A DNA stretch of 64,000 nt from an uncultured bacterium (GTDB lineage Bacteria; Patescibacteriota; Minisyncoccia; UBA6257; 2-01-FULL-56-20), in the NCBI GenBank assembly GCA_963844965.1, contig CAWJQC010000004.1, positions 41,609 through 105,608 of the forward strand, in the 5' to 3' direction. Positions 19,794 through 30,198 of this stretch are shown one piece after another; positions within the stretch are counted from its first letter, which is position 1; each line of letters opens with the position of its first letter. The notes below the pieces were generated by a model. It did no database searches and was not told the DNA's origin. It worked only from the letters and a program-made list of their open reading frames with translations. The position numbers and the translations under genes were made by a program.

Positions 19794-19915
19794 CCCGTTA
19801 GAGACAGGGAACGCTTCGCCAGTTAGACGAACCGCTATCTGTCATTATTATTTTTGATAAATGAAGTTGGTTTGTGTAAATTAAGCGTCCCCGTAGCGAA
19901 GCGGTCTCTAACGGG
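19794..19915 (-). promoter_or_regulatory. long-range stem-loop leader ending immediately at the adk start codon
   Basis: CCCGTTAGAGAC (19794-19805) and GTCTCTAACGGG (19904-19915) are perfect 12 bp inverted repeats with nested CGCTTCG/CGAAGCG. The 3' arm directly precedes the ATG. Confidence 0.4.
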
Positions 19916-20004
19916 ATTCATGCACTTGAAACAATTCTAACACAAGATGCCCCTGCAATTTAAGGGGGATTTATGCACAGCAAATCGGCACACGCCATGT
20001 CGCG

Positions 20005-20035
20005 ACAAACAAAAACCCCGATTCTCATCGGGGAT
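20005..20035 (-). terminator. rho-independent terminator after the P-loop NTPase gene
   Basis: Minus strand reads CCCCGAUGAGAAUCGGGG followed by UUUUUGUUUG. Confidence 0.5.
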
Positions 20036-20040
20036 GCAAA

Positions 20041-20679
20041 CTATTCCGGCTCAATACCAAGAACATCGCAAACGGCGCAGAAAAGGCGCTCTTTCTTCTT
20101 TTTGAAACCTGTAGAATTATCAATTACCGTCAAATTTCTGTGTGGTCGCCAACCGGCGAGAATGCGCCGATCCAAAGCGCGGGCTTTTTTAGGGGTCTCG
20201 TATCTCACTTCGTTGCTTTTATTCCCATAATGCTTCTCTGCGCCCAACGCGGCCGTCACAAGGTGTATCACGGCGTCGTATCTCGTATAGATGTCGTGAA
20301 GCAACATTTCCTTGTCTTTCAAAATCTTTTCCAATGAAACTAGACCGTCGTATCCAACCCGATCGACGATTCCACGATCGCACAAGATTACTATATTTTC
20401 ACGGGGCAAGGTTTTTGCCAAAACCTCAGTCCCGTCTTCAAGGGCTAGTTGCAAATCAACAATATATCTCCCCATAAGGAAAGAGGTGTGTGAATCTTCC
20501 GCAACAATTCTCTTTATGTCGTATGCGCCCGTGCCTATACCGAAAAGGATGGTTGCAGCTTCCGGAACGAGCAATGGTTGCCAACCAGCCGCCTTCAACT
20601 TTCTAACGACGTACTTTATTCCCAGCGTTTTTCCCGAACAAGGCCCACCGGTAATGGCAATCTTTATAATCCTTCCCAT
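20041..20679 (-). CDS. P-loop NTPase (AAA_28/NadR-like nucleoside or nucleotide kinase fold)
   Basis: Walker A IAITGGPCSGKT near the N-terminus; about 210 aa soluble protein. Confidence 0.45.
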   Translation of the reverse strand: MGRIIKIAITGGPCSGKTLGIKYVVRKLKAAGWQPLLVPEAATILFGIGTGAYDIKRIVAEDSHTSFLMGRYIVDLQLALEDGTEVLAKTLPRENIVILCDRGIVDRVGYDGLVSLEKILKDKEMLLHDIYTRYDAVIHLVTAALGAEKHYGNKSNEVRYETPKKARALDRRILAGWRPHRNLTVIDNSTGFKKKKERLFCAVCDVLGIEPE

Positions 20680-20836
20680 TTGCGACCTCCCGGAAGATAA
20701 TTTCAATTTCGCTGCCTAAAATATATCAGAACCTTAAAATTTGTGCAACAAAAAGTTTTGTATGGTAGCGGTCAATGGACAACAACGTAGGAATGATTTA
20801 GAATTTAGTCAGCATCACAAAATACGGGAGGTGGCA

Positions 20837-21193
20837 ATGGCTACTAAGAAAAAATTCAGATTGACGAAGAAAGAGCGCACAAAACGGAATCCGAAAGGAA
20901 AAATTTCCCGCCGAATTGCCGAATTGCGCCGGAAATTTAAAAAATTTTCAAAGACGCCTACAGACAACGTGTCTATTCGTTCCTTGGTTCGCTCTAATAT
21001 TAAGCGCAAGATTAAGATGCTGAACGACCACCTGAAGGGCAAGATTGATATTTTTGCCGAGATTGCGAACGAAAAACCCAAGACCGAAGTTCTGCGTTCG
21101 GCAGAGCAGCAATTATCTTTAGCTCAAATCAGGGTAGACACGCTCAAGAAAGAATTGCAGAGAATTGTCTGGCTCAAAGATTTGGTCGGTTAG
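20837..21193 (+). CDS. hypothetical Lys/Arg-rich coiled-coil protein; opposite strand to its neighbours
   Basis: GGGAGGTGGCA precedes ATG 20837. MATKKKFRLTKKERTKRNPKGK... Confidence 0.4.
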   Translation: MATKKKFRLTKKERTKRNPKGKISRRIAELRRKFKKFSKTPTDNVSIRSLVRSNIKRKIKMLNDHLKGKIDIFAEIANEKPKTEVLRSAEQQLSLAQIRVDTLKKELQRIVWLKDLVG

Positions 21194-21379
21194 ATGTGGA
21201 ATTTACCAGACAAAATAACGGCGCCCCCTCGGCGCCGGATTTTTTTCGGCAGTTGCACATGCTTAGTTATCTAAATTTTCCCAATGCGGAGGCCATTGCC
21301 TCTCAAAAAAGAAAGGGCCGGATTATCCATCCGGACCCTGCGGCCTGCCGTGGCCGCTTCAAACCGGTCTCGCCCCGCC

Positions 21380-21814
21380 TCATTTGCCAACTTTCGGAGT
21401 GACGTCAGCCGCCGGAACGGCAAACTTGATCTCTTCTATGTCGCTGCCAAAGTCAGTACCAAGGTTATAGACAAACCTACCAACACATACCTGCTCTCCG
21501 ACTACCATCTTCAACCCTGGTTTAACAGGAACAGAACGGATCCTGTCACGCTGACTCTTGATTGCGACCCTGTCGAGGCCGAGGACCCCATCAGGTATCA
21601 CCTTCACGACGGTATAACGATAATCGTCAATGCCCTTGACATAGATGCGCAGGGACTCCCGACTGACGAGATCAATGTCTTTTTGTTCGCGCAACGCTTC
21701 TTGCTTGACGACATCGCGGGCGTGATCGTAGGCGGGTTGAGTTGCCCTCCAAACGATTCCCGCCAGAAGCAATACCGCAGAAATTAATAAAGCGACCGTA
21801 AAGTTCTTCCCCAT
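21380..21814 (-). CDS. hypothetical membrane-anchored protein (single N-terminal TM)
   Basis: MGKNFTVALLISAVLLLAGIVW... 144 aa. Confidence 0.4.
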   Translation of the reverse strand: MGKNFTVALLISAVLLLAGIVWRATQPAYDHARDVVKQEALREQKDIDLVSRESLRIYVKGIDDYRYTVVKVIPDGVLGLDRVAIKSQRDRIRSVPVKPGLKMVVGEQVCVGRFVYNLGTDFGSDIEEIKFAVPAADVTPKVGK

Positions 21815-22144
21815 GTTTCTTCCCTCCGATTTGAGATACCCAACCAGAAAAAGCTGGGCTATAAGACCGAAAACTAGATTGTGCAGAACTACTTATATGT
21901 TAGCATATAGTCAATAATAAGTCAAGTGCTTAAAAACGCTTGATTTTGTTGGCTAAAACGTACTTCGCCCTGCTATCAAGAAAGCGCACGGAGATTCTTC
22001 GCATGGCTCAGAATGACACCGGCTCTTTATAAAAAATCCGTTTTGCGCCAGCAAAACTCCTTATTTCCTACAGCATTGAGGGATGTTTCTTTGGAACCAG
22101 AAGCGGAGGCCGCGCAAAAATGAATGAGTGCGGCGAAGATTTTT

Positions 22145-22176
22145 AAAAGCCGATTTTGCCGTGAGGCAAAATCACC
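22145..22176 (-). terminator. rho-independent terminator downstream of secY
   Basis: Minus strand reads GAUUUUGCCUCACGGCAAAAUC followed by GGCUUUUAAAA. Confidence 0.5.
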
Positions 22177-22292
22177 TTAAGCACTCGCAGAAGTTTTTGT
22201 TTCGCGAGGGTGTATCGCAGGAGCGAAGGCGACGAGATGCAGCGCGTTTTCAGCAGAAAACGACGCGACCATCGCGAAATAAAAACTGGAGC

Positions 22293-23564
22293 TACTCGAT
22301 GCCCTCGTATTCGCGAACCGTCAGCTGCGAATCCACCTGCCTCATTGTCTCCAAGCGCTACCGCGACAACGATCAGAAGCGCCGTGCCCGAAATATTCAG
22401 GACCTGGACGCCGGTAAAGCGCTGGATGACGAGCGGCAAAACCGCGATCAAACCCAGAAACGCTGCGCCGAAAAACGTGATGCGGTTAACGATACCGGAA
22501 AAGAATTGGGTGGTCGCCTCGCCGGGCCGGATACCCGGAACGAATCCGCCACCCTTCTGGAGATTTTTGGCGACCTCTTCCGGATTGAACGTAATGGCGG
22601 TGTAGAAATATGTGAAAATGAAAACCAGGGCGAAGTAGAAAATTCCGTAAAAAATCTGATTGTTCAAAAACGCCGTCACGAAGCCGTTTATTTTAAGCGC
22701 GAGACTCGGAGAAAAAATGGTCGCGGCCTGAGCGATGAACTGCGGGAACAGAAGGACCGAGATCGCGAATATCAAGGGAATCATTCCGGCCTGGTTCACC
22801 TTGAGCGGTAGATAGCTTTGCGCGCCGCCATACATTTTCATGCCGCGAACCCGCCGCGCGTAGGCGACGGGAATTTTCCGTTCTCCCTCGTTCAGATAAA
22901 CCACGCCGGCGATAAGCAAGACGGCCACTACAACGAAACCGATATACGTCGGCAAAAGCGCCGGCTGATACGAAAGAAGCGCGAGTCCGAAAGACGAAGG
23001 CAGACGGCTCACGATACCCGCTAAAATTATGAGCGATATGCCGTTCCCCACCTTCTCTTCGCTTATAAGTTCTCCGAGCCACAAGGCGAGCATGGAACCC
23101 GTAACGATTACCACGACGTTCCTTATCATACTGAAAGGATCCGGCCTGTCTATGACGTTCTGGGATATGAGGAGCGTCAAAAATCCGTAAGCCGAAACGA
23201 CGGCCAGCGGCACGGTTATGAAACGCGAGTAGCGGTTGAACTTCGCCTGGCCGCGGGCTCCTTCCTCGTAATACATCTGCTTAAACTTCGGGAAAATAAT
23301 CGTGAGAAGCTGCATGATGATCGTAGCCGTGATATATGGTCCAACGCCAAGCATGACAACGGACATGTTCACAAGTCCGCCGCCCGAGAAGAAATTCAAA
23401 AATCCTAAGAGCTGATTGGAGTTGAAATAATTCTGAAGTCTAAGCGCGTCCACCCCCGGAATAGGTATCGCGGCCAGGAGCCGGTAAGCGATCAAAAACA
23501 GTGCGACCTTCAAAATTTTGTTGCGAAGGTCCTTGATTTTAAAAATTTGGAGGAATCTGTTCAT
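22293..23564 (-). CDS. secY: preprotein translocase SecY; C-terminal single-base frameshift. The ORF as sequenced runs to 22143; the corrected frame ends at the TAG at 22293-22295
   Basis: Ten-TM SecY fold. After ...VAVAL the frame reads ALGDNEAGGF... junk. The +1 frame gives ETMRQVDSQLTVREYEGIE*, the canonical SecY C-terminus. An extra G sits in CTTGGAGAC. Confidence 0.85.
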
Positions 23565-23656
23565 CTCAATAGTAAACCGCAGAATGCGACGTATTTAATG
23601 GTTGCTTGATCGCGGTTGTGTCAAATCCGATCATTTTACATGTCGCGTTGTCCATT

Positions 23657-24097
23657 CTACTTTATTGTGCCGCCGGCTTTTTCAATCTTCTCCTTGGCGC
23701 TTTTTGATACCCCGATGCCTTCCACCGCAACCGGCACGGTAATTTCCCCGTCACCTAAGATTTTAACATCTCCCGGGTAATTCGCCTTCAAAAGTCCGCT
23801 TTGCGCCAAAAAATCCTTGTCCAGCAAAATTTGCTTCCCGCCGCTTCCGGCGACCTTCAGAACAAGCGACAAATCGTCAAGATTGAATATCGTAGGCTTG
23901 GAACTCTTCGGTTTGTTCCTAAAACCCCGGCGTTTGGGAATGCGCAAAATCAAGTCGCGCTCCGCTGGGCGAATCCTGTGGCCAGCCCTGGATTTTTGAC
24001 CCTTCTGTCCGCGTCCGGAAGTCGTGCCGCGCTTGCCGCCGCGGCCAATGCGCTGCGCCTTCTTGTGGCTTTTAACTTGTAGTTGATGCAGTTGCAT
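23657..24097 (-). CDS. rplO: 50S ribosomal protein L15
   Basis: MQLHQLQVKSHKKAQRIGRGGKRGTTSGRGQKGQKSRAG... Confidence 0.9.
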   Translation of the reverse strand: MQLHQLQVKSHKKAQRIGRGGKRGTTSGRGQKGQKSRAGHRIRPAERDLILRIPKRRGFRNKPKSSKPTIFNLDDLSLVLKVAGSGGKQILLDKDFLAQSGLLKANYPGDVKILGDGEITVPVAVEGIGVSKSAKEKIEKAGGTIK

Positions 24098-24562
24098 TTA
24101 GGCTTTAAGTTTCTTCAACGCTTCTATGGTCGCCAGGGCATTAGTCAGTTTATTTGGCGTTCTGCCGAGACATTTTGCCGTCGCGTCCTTTACGCCGGCC
24201 AAAGACAGCACAAATCTTACCGCCCCGCCCGCCCTAAGACCGTGCCCGGCCACGGCCGGTTTGAGCAATACCTCAGCCGCGCTGAACTTCGCCGTTACTT
24301 CGTGGGCTATCGTGCGGCCGTCCTTCAGATTCACTTTCAAAATATTTTTCTTCGCCGCCGACTTTGATTTGGCGATTGCCTGCTGGACATCCGCGCCCTT
24401 GGCAACCCCTATCCCGACTCTGCCCTTCTCGTCACCAATGACCAAAGTCGCCCGGAAACGGAATCTTTTGCCTCCGGCGACAACGCGCGTCACGCGGCGA
24501 AGGTCCAGAACCTTCTCCTTGAATTCCTCCCTTTTTGCGATTGTTTCTCTACGCTTGAACAT
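24098..24562 (-). CDS. rpsE: 30S ribosomal protein S5; no L30 gene between S5 and L15
   Basis: dsRBD plus S5 C-terminal domain (VVAGGKRFRFRATLVIGD...GHGLRAGGAVR). Confidence 0.9.
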   Translation of the reverse strand: MFKRRETIAKREEFKEKVLDLRRVTRVVAGGKRFRFRATLVIGDEKGRVGIGVAKGADVQQAIAKSKSAAKKNILKVNLKDGRTIAHEVTAKFSAAEVLLKPAVAGHGLRAGGAVRFVLSLAGVKDATAKCLGRTPNKLTNALATIEALKKLKA

Positions 24563-24707
24563 GTTGGCGTTAAATTTCTAATATCTAATTTCTAATTTCT
24601 AAACAATATTTGAAATTCCAATGACAAAAACTTAAAATGGTCTGTTTTCAATTTGGGACTTAGAAATTGGGGTTTGTTTAGGATTTAGAAATTAGGAATT
24701 AGGGCTT

Positions 24708-25064
24708 TTATATCCTAAGTCCGCCCTTTCTGGCTCCTTCGGCCAGCGCTTTGACGCGACCATGGTACTTATACGCGCGGCGGTCCAACACCGCCTCCTT
24801 GACGCCCAACTCCACCGCTCTTTTCGCGATGAGTTCGCCGACCATCAGAGCTTCTTCGCTTTTGGATTTCTTCGCAGCCTTAATTTCGCGCGACGACGCC
24901 TGGGCAAGAGTGTGCGATTTGCCATCATCGATCAGCTGAGCGTAAATGGAACGACTGCTCCGCGAAACCGCAAGACGCGGCTTCGTGGCCGTGCCAAAAA
25001 TCCTGGCTCTGTTACGCGCCGTCCGCCGCACCCTTTTTTCGTTTAACAGTTTTTTCGGATTCAT
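24708..25064 (-). CDS. rplR: 50S ribosomal protein L18
   Basis: [29 protein letters not shown]. Confidence 0.85.
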   Translation of the reverse strand: MNPKKLLNEKRVRRTARNRARIFGTATKPRLAVSRSSRSIYAQLIDDGKSHTLAQASSREIKAAKKSKSEEALMVGELIAKRAVELGVKEAVLDRRAYKYHGRVKALAEGARKGGLRI

Positions 25065-25074
25065 ATCCAAAGCA

Positions 25075-25626
25075 TTATGCCGGGGCCGTTGTCGCCGCTC
25101 CGGCTTTTTTGCCGACTTTTCGCTTTATTACCTCGCCGCGATAGTGTATCCCCTTTCCCTTATATGGTTCGGGCTTCTTCAGCGCCCTGATATTCGCGGC
25201 CACCTTGCCGACCAGATCTTTATCAATGCCGGAAATCTTTATCGCGTTCTTCTCTACCACTACGGCAATGCCTTCCGGAATTTTCAGGCGAACCGGTTGC
25301 GCGTACCCCAAGAAAAGAACAAGCTCGTTCTTTTCGGTTTGAGCGCGATAGCCAACGCCCTCAATTTCCAGATTCTTCTCAAAGCCATTTGTGACTCCCT
25401 CAACGGAATTTTTAACCAGAGACCAAGCCGTGCCAGCAAGCGCCCGAGCGCGTCCCTCGTTGTCAGTTCCTTCGATCCGGATATCCTCACCCTCTACCTT
25501 AACACGAATTCCCGGATTGACGGCAATCTTTATTTCCCCGCGAGGTCCCTTAAAGATCAAAAAGGAACCCTCGTTTTTCACGGTAACGCCCGGCGGTAAT
25601 TTGACTGGTTTTTTGATTAAACGGCT
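25075..25626 (-). CDS. rplF: 50S ribosomal protein L6
   Basis: [33 protein letters not shown]... two L6 repeats. Confidence 0.85.
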   Translation of the reverse strand, partial: SRLIKKPVKLPPGVTVKNEGSFLIFKGPRGEIKIAVNPGIRVKVEGEDIRIEGTDNEGRARALAGTAWSLVKNSVEGVTNGFEKNLEIEGVGYRAQTEKNELVLFLGYAQPVRLKIPEGIAVVVEKNAIKISGIDKDLVGKVAANIRALKKPEPYKGKGIHYRGEVIKRKVGKKAGAATTAPA

Positions 25627-25736
25627 CATTGATAACAAATGGAAAATGTAAATATCAAAATGTAAAATGACAACCCAAAATGCAAAAATTTTTAATTCTG
25701 AATTGTAATTTTGATTTTTGCATTTTAAATTTTACG

Positions 25737-26117
25737 TTACCATATTTGAAATAAATATTCCCCGCCGACTTTGTTTTTCCTGGCGGTTTTGTTACTCATT
25801 ATGCCTTTAGGCGTGGAAATAATACCGACGCCGTAGCCGTGTTTTACCGGCTTCAGGCTTCTGTAATCCGCATAGATGCGCCGGCTCGGCTTGCTTAATA
25901 TTTTGAAATCGTTTATGGCCGGTTTTTTACCGCCACCGGCAAGTTTAATTTCTATCGCGCCGCGCACACCGGCACTTTTCTTTTCAACGGCTTTCACGTA
26001 GCCCTCTTCGGCCAAAACTTTGGCGACGGCAAAATCAAACTTTGAGAGGGGGGTGGTGATTTTTTCTTTCCCCGAACGCTCGGCGTTTTTTATTTTTACC
26101 AGCAGATCGTAGTACAT
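25737..26117 (-). CDS. rpsH: 30S ribosomal protein S8
   Basis: MYYDLLVKIKNAERSGKEKITTPLSKFDFAVAKVLAEEGYVKAV...; start placed at the internal Met by L14/S14 spacing. Confidence 0.85.
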   Translation of the reverse strand: MYYDLLVKIKNAERSGKEKITTPLSKFDFAVAKVLAEEGYVKAVEKKSAGVRGAIEIKLAGGGKKPAINDFKILSKPSRRIYADYRSLKPVKHGYGVGIISTPKGIMSNKTARKNKVGGEYLFQIW

Positions 26118-26125
26118 AAATTTTA

Positions 26126-26311
26126 TTACCAAGACGCCTTTTTGACCCCGGGTATTTCCTGCTGCGTTGCCATTTCCCTGAAGCAAATCCTGCAAAGATT
26201 GAATTTCCTTATGTAGCCGCGTTTTCTGCCGCAACGAAAACACCGCCGCACAATTCGCGTGGAATATTTTGGCGTTTTTTTGCTTCTTGCGATGACAGAT
26301 TCTTTGGCCAT
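26126..26311 (-). CDS. rpsN: 30S ribosomal protein S14 type Z (zinc-binding, 61 aa)
   Basis: [61 protein letters not shown]. Confidence 0.85.
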   Translation of the reverse strand: MAKESVIARSKKTPKYSTRIVRRCFRCGRKRGYIRKFNLCRICFREMATQQEIPGVKKASW

Positions 26312-26392
26312 GATTATAAATAAATTTTCAATTTTTAATTTTCAATTTTAAAATGTTTGGAAATTGTAAAATTGAGAATTATAAAATTGTTT

Positions 26393-26911
26393 TCATTTCT
26401 TCTTTAGCGGCAATCCTAACTCCCTAAATTTCTCTATCGCCCATTGCCGATCTTTCTTGCGCGGAACGATGCTCACTCCCAACGAAAAAGAGAGTGGCGA
26501 TTCTTCCGGCTTCACTTCAGGAAAAACAAATTGTTCTTTAAAGCCGACGTTCAGAACGCCTCCGCGATCAACCGCGCCAAGATCTACCCCCCTGAAATCT
26601 CGGACCCTTGGCCATACTATCTTAACCAAGCGCTCAAAAAAATCAACCATTTTTCCGCGCCTTAATGTAGCTTTCAAGCCGACGATCTGGCCTTCGCGCA
26701 CCTTGAAGCCGGATATCGATTTTTTGGCGCGCCTTACCTGAGGCTTCTGGCCCGCAATGAGCGCGATGTCGCGCGATACCTGCGGCAGCCCCCTTTCCTC
26801 AAAGTTGGGGTTTTGAGCTGCGCGACCCACGCCGGCGTCAATGACGATCTTCTCTAAAAACTGTGTTACACGCCGACTGTTCTCGGATTGTTTTGGCTGT
26901 TCGTATTTCAT
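26393..26911 (-). CDS. rplE: 50S ribosomal protein L5; start uncertain (26911 or 26926)
   Basis: KIVIDAGVGRAAQNPNFEE...GKMVDFFERLVKIVWPRVRDFRG. Confidence 0.8.
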   Translation of the reverse strand: MKYEQPKQSENSRRVTQFLEKIVIDAGVGRAAQNPNFEERGLPQVSRDIALIAGQKPQVRRAKKSISGFKVREGQIVGLKATLRRGKMVDFFERLVKIVWPRVRDFRGVDLGAVDRGGVLNVGFKEQFVFPEVKPEESPLSFSLGVSIVPRKKDRQWAIEKFRELGLPLKKK

Positions 26912-26912
26912 T

Positions 26913-27218
26913 TTATGTTGTGGCATTACATTTCTTGCAATATCGGACTTTTCGCCCAGATTCAAAACGGTAACCAACGCGCGTCGCTTTCTTGCAACCT
27001 GAACATACCAGCATCACCTTGGATGCCGGCATCGGACGCGGAACCATGACCGTTTCGCCTTTCTGCCCCTGTCTCTTCGGACGCACGCGCTTCTTATAGA
27101 GATTTAGTCCTTCAACGGTAGCGCGTCCATCGTCTGGAAAAACATTCAAAACGGTGCCGCTTTTGCCGCGATCTTTGCCGGATAATATTTTAACTTGGTC
27201 GCCTTTCTTTATGTGCAT
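26913..27218 (-). CDS. rplX: 50S ribosomal protein L24 with Cys-rich C-terminal extension
   Basis: MHIKKGDQVKILSGKDRGKSGTVLNVFPDDGRATVEGLNLYKK (KOW). Confidence 0.85.
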   Translation of the reverse strand: MHIKKGDQVKILSGKDRGKSGTVLNVFPDDGRATVEGLNLYKKRVRPKRQGQKGETVMVPRPMPASKVMLVCSGCKKATRVGYRFESGRKVRYCKKCNATT

Positions 27219-27229
27219 GATTGAAGTTC

Positions 27230-27599
27230 TTATACAATTTCTTCGGCCATCGTCATTAATTTTTCAAAACCTTTTTCCTTGAGCTCGCGCGGTAAAGGAC
27301 CGAAGATCCTGGTCGCTATCGGTTCCTTCTTGGCGTCAATCAGCACAACCGCGTTCTCGTCAAAACGCACGTAAGAACCATCCAAACGCCTTATGGGACT
27401 CTTTCGTGCGCACGATGAGCACCCGGACGATGTCCTTTTTCTTCACGGTTTTTCTGGGCTCGGCGACCTGAACGGAGGTCACGATAACGTCACCCACACC
27501 TCCATATCTCCTGCGCGTTGCTCCCAAAATTCTAAAGCAACGGACGATTTTCGCGCCGGAATTATCAGCAACCTTTAAAATACTCCTTTCTTGTATCAT
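27230..27599 (-). CDS. rplN: 50S ribosomal protein L14; single-base frameshift near 27355
   Basis: [43 protein letters not shown]...VRTK in frame 1, then [41 protein letters not shown] in the next frame. An extra A sits in ACGAAAGAG. Confidence 0.8.
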
Positions 27600-27668
27600 T
27601 GCTTTGTAAAATGTTTACTGCGACATGTGAAATGTTTTATTTATATGATCTTTCCATGTCGCTTGTCG

Positions 27669-27929
27669 CTATTCTACTTTTGCCACGATTCTCCATCTTT
27701 TCTCTTTTGATGTCGGCCTTGTTTCCTCTATGACAACCTTATCGCCAACGCGATATTCGTTTTTCTCGTCATGCACTTTAAACCGCGCGGTGACCCTATA
27801 GTACTTTTGGTACTTGGGATGCTTTTTAAACCTTTCTATTTCAATTACCCTCGTCTTCTGCATCTTGTCGCTTACCACCACGCCCTCAAGCTTCCTATGA
27901 TTTAATTTTGCGTTGGATTTTTCCGCCAT
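27669..27929 (-). CDS. rpsQ: 30S ribosomal protein S17
   Basis: RKLEGVVVSDKMQKTRVIEIERFKKHPKYQKYYRVTARFKVHDE. Confidence 0.85.
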   Translation of the reverse strand: MAEKSNAKLNHRKLEGVVVSDKMQKTRVIEIERFKKHPKYQKYYRVTARFKVHDEKNEYRVGDKVVIEETRPTSKEKRWRIVAKVE

Positions 27930-27934
27930 GATAA

Positions 27935-28144
27935 TTATTTGTTGCCGTTATTTTCGGCCTCGCGCATGAAGGTAAGCACCCTCGCGATATCTCTGCGCAG
28001 TTTTCTTAATTCTTCCACGTTCTTGACCTTGCCGGCTGCCAAATCAAACTTCAAAACTCTTAGGCGCTCTCTCCACTCCTTGAGGAGTTTCGCAAGTTCC
28101 GGCATCGGCTTGGTTTTTAATTCTTGGATCTCTTTACGTTTCAT
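27935..28144 (-). CDS. rpmC: 50S ribosomal protein L29
   Basis: MKRKEIQELKTKPMPELAKLLKEWRERLRVLKFDLAAGKVKN. Confidence 0.85.
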   Translation of the reverse strand: MKRKEIQELKTKPMPELAKLLKEWRERLRVLKFDLAAGKVKNVEELRKLRRDIARVLTFMREAENNGNK

Positions 28145-28148
28145 ATCG

Positions 28149-28560
28149 TTATTTACTAATGACCTTGCTTTTGAACGGCAGTTTATATCCGGCGAGGCGC
28201 AGGGCTTCCTTTGCCATATCCCCGTCCACGCCGTCTATTTCAAATATAACCCGACCGGGCTTCACGGGGAATACGTAGTGGTCAACGCTTCCTTTCCCGC
28301 CGCCCATGGTGGTTTCCGGCGGCCGCATGGTGACCGGCTTATCCGGGAAAACGCGTATCCAGAGCCGGCCGCTGCGCTTCAAGTGATTCGTAATGGTTTT
28401 CCTCGCAGCTTCAATCTGCTTGGAATTCAACCACGACGGCTCAAGCGCCTTCAGACCGTACTCGCCGTAATTCAACCCCAAACCGCGCGTTTCCACCGGC
28501 GCGCTTGCGCGACCTGCCCTTTTGCCACTTCCTATGTTTTACTTTTTTGGGAATCAACAT
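28149..28560 (-). CDS. rplP: 50S ribosomal protein L16; single-base frameshift near 28480
   Basis: ATG at 28558-28560 gives [25 protein letters not shown]. The downstream frame gives [30 protein letters not shown]... An extra T sits in CGGTTTGGGG. Confidence 0.8.
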
Positions 28561-28645
28561 GGTTTTATAAATTCGAAACTTAAAAATCAAAAGGCAAAAG
28601 TGGGATTAAAAAGTTTTAAATTTTGACCTTTGATTTTGTTATTTG

Positions 28646-29329
28646 CTACTTTTTGTTTTCTGTTTTGTCTTTTTGGAATATCTCTCCTTTATATATCCAA
28701 ACCTTGACTCCCACCGTTCCATACGTGGTGTAGGCGACGGCGTGGCCGTAATCTATATTGGCGCGGAGGGTGTGGAGCGGCAAAGAACCGCCCTGCGCCG
28801 CAAGCCACTCGCGCCTCGCAATCTCGTTGCCGTCAAGCCGGCCGGAAAGAAGCACTTTTGCGCCTTTCACTTCCTTGTTTTGTTTGACGCCTTCAAGATA
28901 TTTTTTCATCGTCCTGCGGTAAGGCATGCGTTTTTCCAGATCCCAGGCGATCTGCTGCGCAACGTATTGTGCAGAAATTTCGGACCTTTTCAGTTCCTCA
29001 ACGTTCACACTCAAGTTCCCGGTCAATTTCTTGACTCCCTTGAGCTTCCTTACTGCCGCCTCAATCGCCTTGTTCAGTTCTTCTATGCCTTTGCCGCCCC
29101 TGCCGATTATGAAACCCGGCCTTGCGGCTTTTATCCAAATCTTGATATTTCCGCCGGTGCGTTCTATCTCCACGGCAGCGATGCCCGCCTGCCCGATTTT
29201 ATCCGTAATCACCCTTCTAACTGCTTCATCCTCTTCCAGAAATTTTGCGTAATTCTTGGAAAACCAGCGCACTGGCCAATTCTTGGTAACACCAAGCCGA
29301 TATGATAACGGATTTATTTTTTGTCCCAT
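28646..29329 (-). CDS. rpsC: 30S ribosomal protein S3
   Basis: MGQKINPLSYRLGVTKNW... KH and S3-C domains. Confidence 0.9.
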   Translation of the reverse strand: MGQKINPLSYRLGVTKNWPVRWFSKNYAKFLEEDEAVRRVITDKIGQAGIAAVEIERTGGNIKIWIKAARPGFIIGRGGKGIEELNKAIEAAVRKLKGVKKLTGNLSVNVEELKRSEISAQYVAQQIAWDLEKRMPYRRTMKKYLEGVKQNKEVKGAKVLLSGRLDGNEIARREWLAAQGGSLPLHTLRANIDYGHAVAYTTYGTVGVKVWIYKGEIFQKDKTENKK

Positions 29330-29337
29330 GATTTTAT

Positions 29338-29853
29338 TTATTTGGCGAATCCAGCCTTTCTGCTGAAAATTCTCCTGAAGAAACCGGGTCTTTTCTTCGG
29401 CTCGGCGACTTCTTTTTTGGCCTTTTCAACTCTTTTCTTTTTCGCCGGTTTTTCCTCTCCCGGCGGCAACTTAACTTTTTTAGGAACAACTATCTTGAAC
29501 CGCGGCGAAGCCAGATCCGGTTTCTCCGCTAAAATCATAGTAACGTGGCTCATTTTTCTCTGTATCGGCGTGGCTGTGCCGCGCGCGCGGGGCAGATATC
29601 TTTTGAGCATGGGGCCCTGGTCAACGCGCACACTCTCAACGAGAAATCTTTCTTCGGCTAAGCGCTTATTGTTCTTGATATCGGCGACGGCGGAACGCAA
29701 AAGCTTCAAAAGCGGTACGGCGGCTCGGCGCCTTATGGACATAAGCTGCGCTTCCGCTTCGTGGATAGGCAGTCCTTTAAGCAGATCGGCAATGGCGCGC
29801 ACCTTGCGCGGAGTCATTCTAAGATAATTCAGTTTTACTGTTTGCTTATTCAT
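29338..29853 (-). CDS. rplV: 50S ribosomal protein L22 with basic C-terminal extension
   Basis: YLRMTPRKVRAIADLLKGLPIHEAEAQL... Confidence 0.85.
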   Translation of the reverse strand: MNKQTVKLNYLRMTPRKVRAIADLLKGLPIHEAEAQLMSIRRRAAVPLLKLLRSAVADIKNNKRLAEERFLVESVRVDQGPMLKRYLPRARGTATPIQRKMSHVTMILAEKPDLASPRFKIVVPKKVKLPPGEEKPAKKKRVEKAKKEVAEPKKRPGFFRRIFSRKAGFAK

Positions 29854-29865
29854 GCGTAATTTTTA

Positions 29866-30198
29866 TTATTTCTTGACCTCCTTTGCCGGCGCGGCAGCCG
29901 GTGCTCCAGCGACAGCGGCGCTCGCCTCCAACTCACGCTGCATCTTGCCGCCGTGCCGCGTGAACTTCCTCGTCGGCGCGAATTCTCCCAAGCGATGGCC
30001 GACCATTTCTTCGCTCACTTTAACCTCAATGAAGATCTTGCCGTTGTGAACGCCGAAAGTGAATCCCACCATTTCCGGTGAAATCTCCGAAGCCCGCGAC
30101 CATGTCTTAACAACCACCTTGTCGTCGGGCCTGAGTTTGGAAACCTTCTTAAGAAGTTTCGGGTCAACATAAGGACCTTTCTTTAGCGAGCGGCTCAT
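29866..30198 (-). CDS. rpsS: 30S ribosomal protein S19
   Basis: [19 protein letters not shown]... [17 protein letters not shown]. Confidence 0.9.
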   Translation of the reverse strand: MSRSLKKGPYVDPKLLKKVSKLRPDDKVVVKTWSRASEISPEMVGFTFGVHNGKIFIEVKVSEEMVGHRLGEFAPTRKFTRHGGKMQRELEASAAVAGAPAAAPAKEVKK

